DNA of 63,557 bases, the filler included, from Pirum gemmata (lineage: Eukaryota), in assembly GCA_002812295.1 (NCBI GenBank). It is 22 parts of 22 records of this genome, joined end to end, with 100 filler letters (N's around TTAATTAATTAA, not from the genome) between each part and the next. Parts side by side here need not be neighbours in the genome. Positions count along the whole stretch, not along the records: positions 22,909 to 25,482 come from PDIN01005423.1; positions 25,583 to 28,203 come from PDIN01005424.1; positions 28,304 to 30,908 come from PDIN01005425.1; positions 31,009 to 33,604 come from PDIN01005426.1; positions 33,705 to 38,202 come from PDIN01005427.1; 17 more parts are not named here. One strand, written 5' to 3'. This document shows, piece after piece, positions 25,060 through 35,979 of this stretch (within the stretch, counting starts at the first letter, position 1; each line of letters opens with the position of its first letter). A program made the position numbers and the translations under genes. The notes under the pieces are model-generated. The model saw nothing but the letters and a program-made list of their open reading frames with translations, searched no databases and was not told the origin of the DNA.

Positions 25060-25356
25060 TTAATCATATCGGCCTCTGCATGTGCTAGTTGGAGAGTGTC
25101 CGTAGGGCTTACAGATATTTGGAGATGAACACTGATTGTCGTTGGCACAATTTGATTTTGGTATCCTTTCACAACTCCAGCCAAATTCATTACACCACCA
25201 ATACATATCGTATTGTTGATTAAGTTCACCAGCGATCCAGTATGGTTCTCCGCAGTCACTATTCCTTTTGCAAGAAAAGCCACGGGAAGACGCTTTTAGA
25301 AATAATACAAATGTGCAAACTAAGCACAGTAAAAACTTGGATATTAATGGCAACAT
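25060..25356 (-). CDS. Small secreted cysteine-rich protein (98 aa)
   Basis: Hydrophobic N-terminal signal; mature part has 8 Cys in two C-x5-C..C..C modules (CKRNSDC, CANDNQC); GC content above the flanks. Confidence 0.75.
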   Translation of the reverse strand: MLPLISKFLLCLVCTFVLFLKASSRGFSCKRNSDCGEPYWIAGELNQQYDMYWWCNEFGWSCERIPKSNCANDNQCSSPNICKPYGHSPTSTCRGRYD

Positions 25357-25750
25357 TATGATTTAAATATATATATATATATGTTTATGATATAATTTTT
25401 AAAATATATAATGTACACGTGCACATGTATAATATATATGTCAAAGAAAGTCTTAGGTATAGTTTATATTATTATTATTATTNNNNNNNNNNNNNNNNNN
25501 NNNNNNNNNNNNNNNNNNNNNNNNNNTTAATTAATTAANNNNNNNNNNNNNNNNNNNNNNNNNNNNNNNNNNNNNNNNNNNNAAAAAAAATTGATTAAAA
25601 TTAAATTAAAAATTAAATAAAATTTTGAAATAAATATATAAAGAAAAAATAATAATAAATAGTAATAATAGTTAAAAATAATTAATAATAATAATTAATA
25701 ATTAATAATAATTAGTAATTTATAATTAATATATAATAATAATAGCAATA

Positions 25751-27421
25751 ATGAAAGTAACAGCAGTAACAGCAGTTATCACTACATTAGTGTTAAGTAA
25801 CATAGTAGATAGCAAACCATTATTTACCTTTGACATCAATGAATTTTTAAACAAAGATAAACCTAAAACTACACCAAAGTATTACAAAACCGACAAATAC
25901 ACCTTGGAAGACAAATTCAAAATAGTTTCAGTAACAGAAAAATACATCAAAGAAAATAATAAAATAGGCTACGGAGGTACAGCTATTAATAATATTTTAC
26001 CAAAAGAAGATCGTTTTTACAATTATAATGAAGAAATGCCTGATTATGATTTCTTTTCCTCTAATCCAAAACAAGAAGCAATGAATTTAGTCAATCTTTA
26101 TCATAGTATAGGTTACAACACAGCTTTTACTCATACTAGCACTTTTCATGAATCTACTTTCAAAGTGTTTGTTGGCAGTTTGGGTGTAGCTGATATTAGT
26201 TATGTTCCACCTGGTTTTATTAAAATTTTAGAAGAAGCACCAGAGGAAGATGAAAATGGATTTAAGTTTTCATCTACTAATTATTTAAGATTGGCTTTGT
26301 ATAAAGAATTAAGTAGACCTCAAGGGAATACAAAGCGTTGGGAAAAGTTGTTCCATCGTCTTAAAGTACTTAATCGTAATCATGGTTTATATTTCAACAA
26401 CGACAAAACAATAGACGGTAATGCATTATGTGCTGCATTTGAACAAGAGCAAAAACAAGAACAAGAACAGTTACCTCAAGCACATTTTAAGGTAATGGAA
26501 ATTACTAAACAAGTTCTTGTAGAAGAAGAAGGATTGTTTTTCAGTAAAGTTGCAAGAAATAACAAGAACGCTAGTTTCGATTACTCTATTTCTAATGATG
26601 TTTTTGAAGTAGCTTTACTATATCATGTACAAGCATTTGAAAAATTGCAAGCACAATTAATGAAAATTGACGGAGTTAAAAGTGTCACAATGTTTCTGAA
26701 AAACGACGCAGAAAACATGGAAGAAATCCCCGCTATGAATGAAATACAAGTAACCTATAACGATAACACCATTCGAACTATTGCGTACTTTTACGAACCA
26801 ATAGGCTGCCTTTCGTACGAAACCCAACACTCCACCGACATGGGTAAACCTGTTAGAATAGCAACAGTAAATACAATGCTAAACAATTATTTTGCTAGCA
26901 CGTTTATCGAAGATATACATTTTAATGAAAAACAAAGAAAGCGAGTGTTCTGTAATTCACTGCCTTTGATGTCAATACAAGAATCAGAGCAAAGTAGAAT
27001 AGAAGAATTAACTATTGGGGACAATTTACAATGTTCTGGTTTCGAAGGCGAGTCTTTTTCATTTTTGATGGCGAAAAAATCCGCTTATTATCAAAAGTTG
27101 AAAGCAGTTGAAAGAAAAAAACTTTTGAAAGCCGGCACCATGAACGAGGTTCCAACTGACTTAGTACTATTAAAAACAAAAACATCAGAATTGGAGGTTC
27201 AGGATTTTGGTGATTTTGATAGTGACATGTTCTTTTGTTATTCTCCAAAACATGAACCTTTGGAATATTGTAAGCAAAAGTTAGATTATAGTTTTATTCG
27301 CATAAAAAACGCGAGTTCTATTGTAGTTACTGCTGTTTTTATTTCTTTTCTTTTTGCTTTATTTACTCAGTTTATGTTTAGAAAAAATTTGACACCCATC
27401 TTCCCAGCTACAGAAAAATAA
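25751..27421 (+). CDS. NCLDV (giant virus)-type poly(A) polymerase catalytic subunit homolog with predicted signal peptide and C-terminal TM helix
   Basis: Motifs YGGTAINNILP..DRFY....E.PDYDFFS, TFKVFV....VADISY, NYLRLALYKELSRPQGN..RWEK...RL..LN and second-domain C.SY...RIATV.TML match Mimiviridae-like vPAP as I know the family; intronless, 556 aa. Confidence 0.9.
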   Translation: MKVTAVTAVITTLVLSNIVDSKPLFTFDINEFLNKDKPKTTPKYYKTDKYTLEDKFKIVSVTEKYIKENNKIGYGGTAINNILPKEDRFYNYNEEMPDYDFFSSNPKQEAMNLVNLYHSIGYNTAFTHTSTFHESTFKVFVGSLGVADISYVPPGFIKILEEAPEEDENGFKFSSTNYLRLALYKELSRPQGNTKRWEKLFHRLKVLNRNHGLYFNNDKTIDGNALCAAFEQEQKQEQEQLPQAHFKVMEITKQVLVEEEGLFFSKVARNNKNASFDYSISNDVFEVALLYHVQAFEKLQAQLMKIDGVKSVTMFLKNDAENMEEIPAMNEIQVTYNDNTIRTIAYFYEPIGCLSYETQHSTDMGKPVRIATVNTMLNNYFASTFIEDIHFNEKQRKRVFCNSLPLMSIQESEQSRIEELTIGDNLQCSGFEGESFSFLMAKKSAYYQKLKAVERKKLLKAGTMNEVPTDLVLLKTKTSELEVQDFGDFDSDMFFCYSPKHEPLEYCKQKLDYSFIRIKNASSIVVTAVFISFLFALFTQFMFRKNLTPIFPATEK

Positions 27422-28565
27422 TCAATGCTGACTTTAAAATTTTGAAAATAATAGTAATAATAAACAATAAGTAAAATATATTTAACAATAGAGAAAATGG
27501 TGATAATTATTCACATCAGTTTTTTACTATTTTTACATTGTAACAATGAATATAATATATATATTATATATTAATAACAAAGTTATAACAATAACAGTAT
27601 CAATAATATTATTATCAATAACAATTAATAACAATATAATTATATATAATTAATATATTATAACAATAACAATAACAATAACTATAACAATAACTATAAC
27701 TATAACTATAACAAGAACAAGTACTTTGTAATTTAAAAACTTTGTAAAGTATTATACTATATATAGTTTACATAATCAAATTCAAACATCAACTTATAAT
27801 TATACCAATATACAAAGAGTATGCAAAGTACAAAGTACTATGACCACAATTCAAATAATTCAAAATAATACATCTTTAATATTTAAATTGGTAGGTTTTA
27901 ATATATATGATAAGGTTATAATATATGATAATATGGTCTTATAGTAGTTTTTTAATGTTTAAATTAATTAAAATATAGCCATTTTTTTATTATTTCGGCT
28001 GAATTTCGGCTGAATAAAAAAATATAAATAAAAATGACAGAATAAATGAATGATCCCGTTCTTCCTACTTTTAGTGGGTTTATTATTATTATTATTATTA
28101 TTCTAAGCAATTTGTGGTGAATTTCCCTTTACATATAATAATAATAATAATAATCAGTTGCACATGTAATAATTAATAATAATAATAAATATTAATTAAT
28201 AATNNNNNNNNNNNNNNNNNNNNNNNNNNNNNNNNNNNNNNNNNNNNTTAATTAATTAANNNNNNNNNNNNNNNNNNNNNNNNNNNNNNNNNNNNNNNNN
28301 NNNTTTTTTAAAATTAAAAAATTGTAAATTTCTAAAATTTTAGGTCTGGCAATAATGTAAATTCTTATTTGCAAAAAAATTATTTAATGATAAAGGGCTC
28401 GGTATTATTATTATTCTATCGAATACTATTGAAATTAAAAAAGGCTTAATATTATTATTATTATTATCAATGAACGCGTCACAAAAGCGTAATTAATATC
28501 ACCCAGACCAGTTACACATTAGTAATTAGACGGTTTACTAATTTGTTCATTTTAAAAAATGGTAT

Positions 28566-28665
28566 ACACGGGTCTAGAAAGTCAAAACACGAGTCTGGAA
28601 AGTCAAAACACGAGTCTGGAAAGTCAAAATACGAGTCTAGAAAGTCAAAATACGGATCTAGAAAT
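28566..28665 (+). repeat. 21-bp minisatellite (ACACGAGTCTGGAAAGTCAAA) x ~4.5
   Basis: Head-to-tail copies without spacers. Confidence 0.9.
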
Positions 28666-28972
28666 TTCAAAAACCGAGCTCAAAAAAAAAATAACTAAAA
28701 CCCCGAGCAAAAAATCAAGCTAAAAATCAGTATGATAGATTTAGATATTATCTGTATAACAAAAATCAACAATCTGAATGCTCAAAAAAAGCTTTTCTGG
28801 TGCTTAGACCAGTTTCTGCGCTTTTTAACATTTTCCTCCCAATTTACTTCAATGAAGGATGTAAGTAAAAAATAAGTTCGAAACTTACGAAATTTACTAA
28901 CTGCTAATAAATTAGTAGCGCAGAAAAATAGTTTAGAAATGCTATTATTTCTACATCGAGGGGGGGGGGGGN

Positions 28973-29745
28973 AATGTGCAGCATTACTTATAAAATACCA
29001 AAAATTAATTACAACATGCCTGATAGTTTTACTACATTCGAGACTTACCGGTTTTCGAGTCATTAATAAATGACTAGTAGTGCTGAAAAAAACCTATGCC
29101 CGAGTGGCTCGATTATTATTGAGATAAGGAGGGTACTGTTTGATTGAACTTATTTATAAAATGTGCAGCATTACTTATAAAATACCAAAAATTAATTACA
29201 ACATGCCTGATAGTTTTACTACATTCGAGACTTACCGGTTTTCGAGTCATTAATAAATGACTAGTAGTGCTGAAAAAAACCTATGCCTGACCGGGTCGAT
29301 TATTATCGGGGTAAGTCTGATAGTTTTACTACATTCGAGACTTACCGGTTTTCGAGTCATTAATAAATAACTAGTAGTGCTGAAAAAAACCTATGCCTGA
29401 GTGGCTCGATTATTATTGAGATAAGGAGGGTACTGTTTGATTGAACTTATTTATAAAATGTGCAGCATTACTTATAAAATACCAAAAATTAATTACAACA
29501 TGCCTGATAGTTTTACTACATTCGAGACTTACCGGTTTTCGAGTCATTAATAAATGACTAGTAGTGCTGAAAAAAACCTATGCCTGAGTGGCTCGATTAT
29601 TATTGAGATAAGGAGGGTAAATACCAAAAATTAATTAAAACACCCCTGATAGTTTTACTACATTCGAGACTTACCGGTTTTCGGGTCATTAATAAAATAG
29701 CTAGTAGTAGTAGTGCGAAAAAACTATTCCTGAGCGGCTCTTATT
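28973..29745 (+). repeat. Tandem array of ~185-bp and truncated units containing a family A core
   Basis: Five copies of CTGATAGTTTTACTACATTCGAGACTTACCGGTTTTCG(A/G)GTCATTAATAAA; unit includes AAAATACCAAAAATTAATTACAACATGCCTGATAGTTT, related to family A. Confidence 0.85.
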
Positions 29746-29873
29746 ATTATTTGAACATGCTTTTGAACCCATGTGTTTGATTATATTCGAAGAACATGAT
29801 CGTTCAGTTAATTAAAAGCTTAATCTTGATTGCGATGTTTAATGCTTAATTAGGCTTTGTCCAACTGACTCGG

Positions 29874-30797
29874 TTTAGGGTTAGAGTTATGGTTAGGGTT
29901 AGGGTTAGGGTTAGGGTTAGGGTTAGGGTTAGGGTTTAATAGGGTTAGGGTTAGGGTTGGGGTTAGGGTTAGGGTTAGGGTTGGGGTTAGGGTTAGGGTT
30001 AGGGTTACAATTAGGGTTAGGGTAAGGGTTGGGGTTAGGGTTAGGGTTAATATTAGGGTTAGGGGTATACCCGGTTAGGGTTAGGGTTAGGGATAGGGTT
30101 ATAATTATGGTTAGGGGTTGGGGTCAGGATTAGGGTTGGGATTAGGGTTAGGGTTAGGGTTAGGGCTAGGGTTAGGGTTAGGGTTAGGGTTAGTACTAGC
30201 TATAGGATTAGGATTAAGGTTAGGGTTAGAGGCTAGGGTTAGTCCAAAAAGCTACAACATATCATATACAGCAGAGGGGGCCACAAACGGAAGTAAAAAT
30301 GGCTCAATATTTTAATTGTTATTTATTATAATAAGTGCCCCTTTATTTTGTGAAATAGCTAGCACGTTGAAAAAATCAAAAATCAACCATTTAAATTAAA
30401 ATCGTTTTTAATTGAAATTATTTTACCCCTTTATTAATGAAATGGGTACTTTGAAAATAATAATAATTATTTTAATAAATAAAAAAACCTAATGCCAACC
30501 ATTGGTAATAATAATAATAATTAGGGTTAGGGTTAGGGTTAGGGTTAGGGTTAGGGTTAGGGTTAGGGTTAGGGTTAGGGTTCTTTTTTACAGTTGATAT
30601 TAAATAATTATTAGAAAGCGATATTTATAAGTTAGGGTTAGGGTTAGGGTTAGGGTTAGGGTTAGGGTTAGGTTAGGGTGGTTAGGTTAGGGTTGGGTTA
30701 AGATTGGGGTTAGGGTAAGGGTTAAGGTTAGGGGTTAGGGTTAGGTTAGTGTTTTATGGTTAATTAAGATTAGGGTAGAGATTATTAGGGTTAGGGA
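29874..30797. repeat. Interstitial (TTAGGG)n tracts
   Basis: Direct reading; several tracts separated by unique AT-rich DNA. Confidence 0.95.
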
Positions 30798-31232
30798 CTT
30801 TGACTCTTTATATTAGAGATGCATCATTAGATTTTTTTTTTGTAGACTTTTTAATAAAAATGTAGAAGTTTTTGTTGGTGGTCTTTGAATGATGGTGTGG
30901 TGGGCTTTNNNNNNNNNNNNNNNNNNNNNNNNNNNNNNNNNNNNNNNNNNNNTTAATTAATTAANNNNNNNNNNNNNNNNNNNNNNNNNNNNNNNNNNNN
31001 NNNNNNNNTAATAATAGTAATAGTAATAGTAATAATAGTAATAATAATAATACTATTTATATAATACAATAAAAATAATAATACTTATAACAACATTGAT
31101 AATAGAACGCCTACTACCACCTCTACTGTTGCTACTATACTTCTTTTTAATACAGTATCACGAATATCCAAAAAAATAATAAACTACTACACGAACTGTA
31201 ATTAGTGGAATAAAAATTCTAATTTTCTAAAA

Positions 31233-32834
31233 ATGTCGGGTATTGATTTACTTGCTTCTGGTGACTCTATCTCAATCAATGCTTCTGAACAAATATTAAA
31301 AGAGTATAAAAACCAATTTTCCAACATTGAACAACTGTGGGATTCTATATATAAAGATTATTCAACTCGAATTAAAACCAGGGTTAAAGAAACTGAAAGG
31401 TTAAATGATATAATTAAGGAATATAATATCCTCAAGCAAAATGTTTACGAAATATTTAATGAACAGTTTCGCAACGGTGCCACCAACTATACAACTGCAA
31501 ACCTCGACGTCAACTTTATTCAAGTCAACGGTAAAATTGTCAATGCTGTAGAGTTGTGCGTTAAAGATGAAAACATAACATTTCTCAGGAAATTATTGAA
31601 AAATGGAGCTAGTCCCGACTATAAAGTTACCATTAACAAAGGTGATGATGATAAGGCTATCGAAAGTTCTCTCCATCAAGCCGTAAAATTGGGAAACGTA
31701 GCTATTACCAGATCATTGATTAAATATGGTGCTGATTTTTCTACATATGACAATGCCGGTAATACACCTTTACATGTAGCTATTGCTTTAGAAAATATAA
31801 TGGTAGTAAACACTTTGATTAAAAATATTGCGTTTATTAATTTAGTCAATCAAGAGGGATTTAGTCCTTTGGCTTTTGCAGAAAATTTAAATAAAGGTTC
31901 CAAAGTACAGCAAGGTATAGTTGATGCTTTACAAAGTTTAGGGGCCAAATCAATAAAACCAGAAGCATGTTCTGAATGTACTTCTTTGAAAAAATCTGTA
32001 AAAATAGGACATGCCCGTTGTCTAAAAATATTGTGTAATTCTGAAACAGATGTTAACGAAATACTTGTAAACGATAAAAAAACCTTGTTGTCTTTTGCGA
32101 GTGAGAAAGGGCAAGTAGATTGTGTTAAAGAACTTATTTTAGCAAATGCTGATGTAAATGATTATGGTAAAAGTAGGTTTGGGCCTCTTTATTTAGCAGC
32201 TGAAAAAGGCCATGTTGATTGTTTAAACGAATTGATCAAAGCTAAAGCGGATGTAAATAAAGTATTTGGAATCAAAGAATGGACACCATTAACTGTTGCA
32301 GCTCAATTTGGTAATTTTGAATGTTTAAATGAATTAATCAATGCTAAAGCAGATATTAATAAATGTTCGATCGGTGGTTCCACTCCTCTTCTTATATCAG
32401 CCGTATACGGTAAATTAGATTGCTTAAAGAAATTAATTTCCGTAGGGGCAGATTTAAATAAAGGCAACGACGATGGAGGCACACCATTGTTTTGGGCAGC
32501 TCACTACGGACATATGTTATGTTTAAATGAATTAATTAAAGCTCAGGCAGATCTAGACAAAGTTGATTTTCGAGGTAGAACTCCTCTTTGTCAAGCTGCA
32601 GAAAAAGGGAACCTTGCATGTGTGAAAAACTTAATTACAGCTGGTGCTGATCATTCGATAAAAGATAATCAAGGGAATACAGCCTTGATGCTTGCTGGTT
32701 TAAGAAATCAAAAGGAGTGTTTAGATTTTTTAAAAAATGTACCAATGAATAACAAAAGAAATCATTCTGATGATGATGATGAAGCAAACAATTCTGGCCC
32801 AGTGAGAGTCAAGAAAAAAAAAGGGGGGGGATAG
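31233..32834 (+). CDS. Ankyrin-repeat protein (533 aa) with N-terminal helical/coiled-coil region and C-terminal basic NLS-like tail
   Basis: About 11 ankyrin repeats (G.TPL..AA..G...C...LI.A.AD.N); tail RVKKKK; intronless. Confidence 0.93.
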   Translation: MSGIDLLASGDSISINASEQILKEYKNQFSNIEQLWDSIYKDYSTRIKTRVKETERLNDIIKEYNILKQNVYEIFNEQFRNGATNYTTANLDVNFIQVNGKIVNAVELCVKDENITFLRKLLKNGASPDYKVTINKGDDDKAIESSLHQAVKLGNVAITRSLIKYGADFSTYDNAGNTPLHVAIALENIMVVNTLIKNIAFINLVNQEGFSPLAFAENLNKGSKVQQGIVDALQSLGAKSIKPEACSECTSLKKSVKIGHARCLKILCNSETDVNEILVNDKKTLLSFASEKGQVDCVKELILANADVNDYGKSRFGPLYLAAEKGHVDCLNELIKAKADVNKVFGIKEWTPLTVAAQFGNFECLNELINAKADINKCSIGGSTPLLISAVYGKLDCLKKLISVGADLNKGNDDGGTPLFWAAHYGHMLCLNELIKAQADLDKVDFRGRTPLCQAAEKGNLACVKNLITAGADHSIKDNQGNTALMLAGLRNQKECLDFLKNVPMNNKRNHSDDDDEANNSGPVRVKKKKGGG

Positions 32835-32885
32835 TTTACTTTGTTTTGTTTTTTACGACATGTCACTTTATATAGTCTAGTGTTG

Positions 32886-33353
32886 AGCTGCACAAAACGG
32901 GAACCTTGTATGTGTGCAAAACTTAATTAAAGCTGGTGCTGATCCTTCGATAAAAGATATGAATGGGAATACAGCCTTGATGATTGCTGATAGTTTAAAT
33001 TGTTTAGATTTTTTAAAAAATGTACCAATGAATAACAAAAGAAATCATTCTAATGATGTTGAAGTAAACAACACTGGTCCAGCGAAACGTAAGAGAAAAA
33101 GGAAATAGTAAAATTTATTTTAGTTTTTTAAAACATGGTAGTAGTCGGGTTGGAGTATACACCTTTGATGCTTGCTGATCATTTCAATCAAAAGAAGTGT
33201 TTAAATTTTTTAAAAAATGTACCAATTAATAACAAAAGAAATCATTCTAATGATGTTGAAGTAAACAACGCTGGTCCAGCAAAACGTAAGAGAAAAAGGA
33301 AATAGTAAAATTTGTTTTAGTTTTTTAAAACATGGTAGTAGTCGGGTTGGAGT
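32886..33353 (+). pseudogene. Two partial tandem duplicates of the ankyrin gene 3' end
   Basis: 32886-33156 and 33159-33353 repeat the last ankyrin repeat and CLDFLKNVPMNNKRNHS tail, each ending PAKRKRKRK*. Confidence 0.85.
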
Positions 33354-33889
33354 TAGGGTTAAGTTAAGTGTTAAGTGTTAGAAAGCATGATCTCTTCTCC
33401 AGTTTTATTTATAGGTCTCATTAGAGTCATAATCAGCCTATCGACTTTCGCAAGTTAATATTTCATTATATAATTTCTTTCAATAGCCCCCCCAAATAAT
33501 TAAATTAACATTGCCCAGTTGTTTTTCATGTTTCTATATTTGTTTCTATATATATTTGTACTAATTTCCCGCTGATTAGAAACTAAACAAATGTTCATAT
33601 ATATNNNNNNNNNNNNNNNNNNNNNNNNNNNNNNNNNNNNNNNNNNNNTTAATTAATTAANNNNNNNNNNNNNNNNNNNNNNNNNNNNNNNNNNNNNNNN
33701 NNNNATAATAATAATAATAATATAACAATGATATTTATAATAATAATAATAAAAATAATGATAATGCTCTTGATAAAAACAATTATAATAATTATAATAA
33801 TCAGATCAGTGGAAGCGTAATAATTACAAAAAATAATATCTTTGGTCTATAAATTAATATAAAAACAAACAAGCACAAACATAGCATAC

Positions 33890-34791
33890 CCGCATAGGAG
33901 GGGGTGGAGTAGAAGAACTACCGACTCTGGAAACAGGCATTATATCAGCGTAATCAGATTCTTCAATTGGTATTGGTGGCAATTCCTCTTTGCTGTTGTT
34001 ATCCTTATTATAGGCTGCTGGTCGTTGTGTTGGTACAGGAGATGGCGCAGTAGGATCAAATGTTCCTACTTTCATGGTGTTCGTCATTTCAATGTCGGGA
34101 CATTGGTGTGAAAGTGCTAATAACCAACCCTACAGACAAAACAAAAAATTAATGTTATTTTAATTAGATACTACTGCTATTGTGGCAATATCCATAATTA
34201 ACGTTGTCATTGGTGGTGAAAGCTATTCATAATGACCACATTTGGTTTTATTTTTTTTACGTTTAATTTGGGTTTATTTATTAGGTGTAATATTGTTTTA
34301 TCATTGTTATTATGTTTCATGTGCATGTGCATGTGCATGTGCATAAGAATCTTATATTACATTCAATTATGAATATACAAAATAGGACGATGAAAGATTT
34401 CTATAACAATCAATTTATAAAACACAGTTATTTAAAAAAACAATATATATATATATACCTGACGCTCTTCTCTGCTTTTACAGGCAAGAACTACGGTACC
34501 TAAAGAAAATACGAAAAATTAAGTATATTTTATTTTTATTTTTTTTTTTTTGTTTTTTTTTTTTTTTTTTTTTTTTGGGGGGGGGGGTATTGCTGAATGA
34601 TGAAGTTAATATAGTTAATATACACCTTGTCTATTAGGATAGTACAACCAACAACCAAAAAAAAATAACATACCATCTACAACGTCTACAGTAAAAAAAT
34701 ATTGAAATTTAGCTTTATCTTGTGACTCGGCAGTATCGGATTCAGATATTGATAGGTCAGCTAAACTAAGACTTTGTATGGGGTGTTTGTC
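33890..34791 (-). CDS. PH-domain protein fragment; exons 34791-34674, 34499-34459, 34129-33890
   Basis: Phase-consistent GT-AG splicing gives DKHPIQSLSLADLSI...KFQYFFTVDVVD-GTVVLACKSREERQ-GWLLALSHQC... (C-terminal half of a PH fold: L.x.S.EE..W..AL), then Pro-rich region with SDYADI. Confidence 0.72.
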
Positions 34792-35012
34792 CTAGTAGTG
34801 AGAATTGCGTGTTAGTGAGGGATTCGGTTAATTAAATATAAATCTAATTTCCAACATTTTTTTACTAGCCCATGTCATTGTACAAAAAATTGGACCATGA
34901 TAATAATATTTTATTTTTATTTTTGCGTTCATTAATATGTTTATTTATTACCTTATACTTTTAGTTGGTCATAAGCATAATATTATTGTTGGATTTTATA
35001 ATTATGGTTAAA

Positions 35013-35108
<96 letters not shown>

Positions 35109-35174
35109 GTTAGNTTCTGGAATTATTGGTGGGGGAGAACACCTGTAGTAGATTTGACATTCACTTAGTGGGAA

Positions 35175-35212
<38 letters not shown>

Positions 35213-35979
35213 GGGTGATTGTTGCCGTTGCTGTTGCAGTTGCTGCTGTTAGTATTTGTATTGTTATTGGCATTGGCGCTATTACTAAGCTACCCTTATT
35301 TTGTGGATAATTGTACACAATAATCAACCTTAATTCATTATTCACTTGTGCATTCGCTAATTATTGTGCAAACTAAGATAGCACTTCTGATCAAGAACAC
35401 CTTAAGCTGCATTGCAAATACTTCCCAATTACTCTCGTGTATACTAACTACACGTGTGCCTTACCATTCTTTGCTTTGCTTGTTTCGATTGATTGTTTCT
35501 CGTGGAGACTTAATTATTCTTACAATGATAATAACCATAATCATCATAATTATAAATAAATAAATTAATAAATAAAACTAAACCAAAAGCAGCTTAACTT
35601 TCACATATAAAACAAAATATGATACAAGCATTCCAAAATACCAGCTGGTTAAAATTATAGCCCATATGTGTTTACATAATGGTTAGTTCCCACTCCTACA
35701 AAAAGTACTGCTAATTCGTTTTTGTTCGTGATTTTTTACAAAACTAGGGTTTTAACTCCGAACAGAGACATAATCTGAATTAGGTTGGTTGCTATTTATA
35801 AAAATATTTGAAAGAGTTTACCTTGGACGTATTGTACAACATATCAGGTACCAAGAACATATACGTGCACTCAAAAAATATTAATTTCATTAGACTATTC
35901 CATTTCAGAAATTTTATAAAAAAAACCTTACCATTTTTTGAACCAACATTAAGTATTATATCAAAAACCCATTTCTTTT

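Noticed and set aside
25587..25594. AAAATTGA Mimivirus early-promoter motif upstream of the vPAP homolog
   Set aside because: Expected by chance in extremely AT-rich DNA and sits at a scaffold edge.
28566..28665. CRISPR-like array
   Set aside because: 21-bp units are contiguous with no unique spacers; eukaryotic context; same for the 31-bp array at 61570-62330.
23037..32834. Kazal protein, Cys-rich peptide, vPAP and ankyrin gene as one cluster or endogenous giant-virus region
   Set aside because: They lie on different scaffolds separated by artificial spacers, and no other NCLDV core gene is visible.
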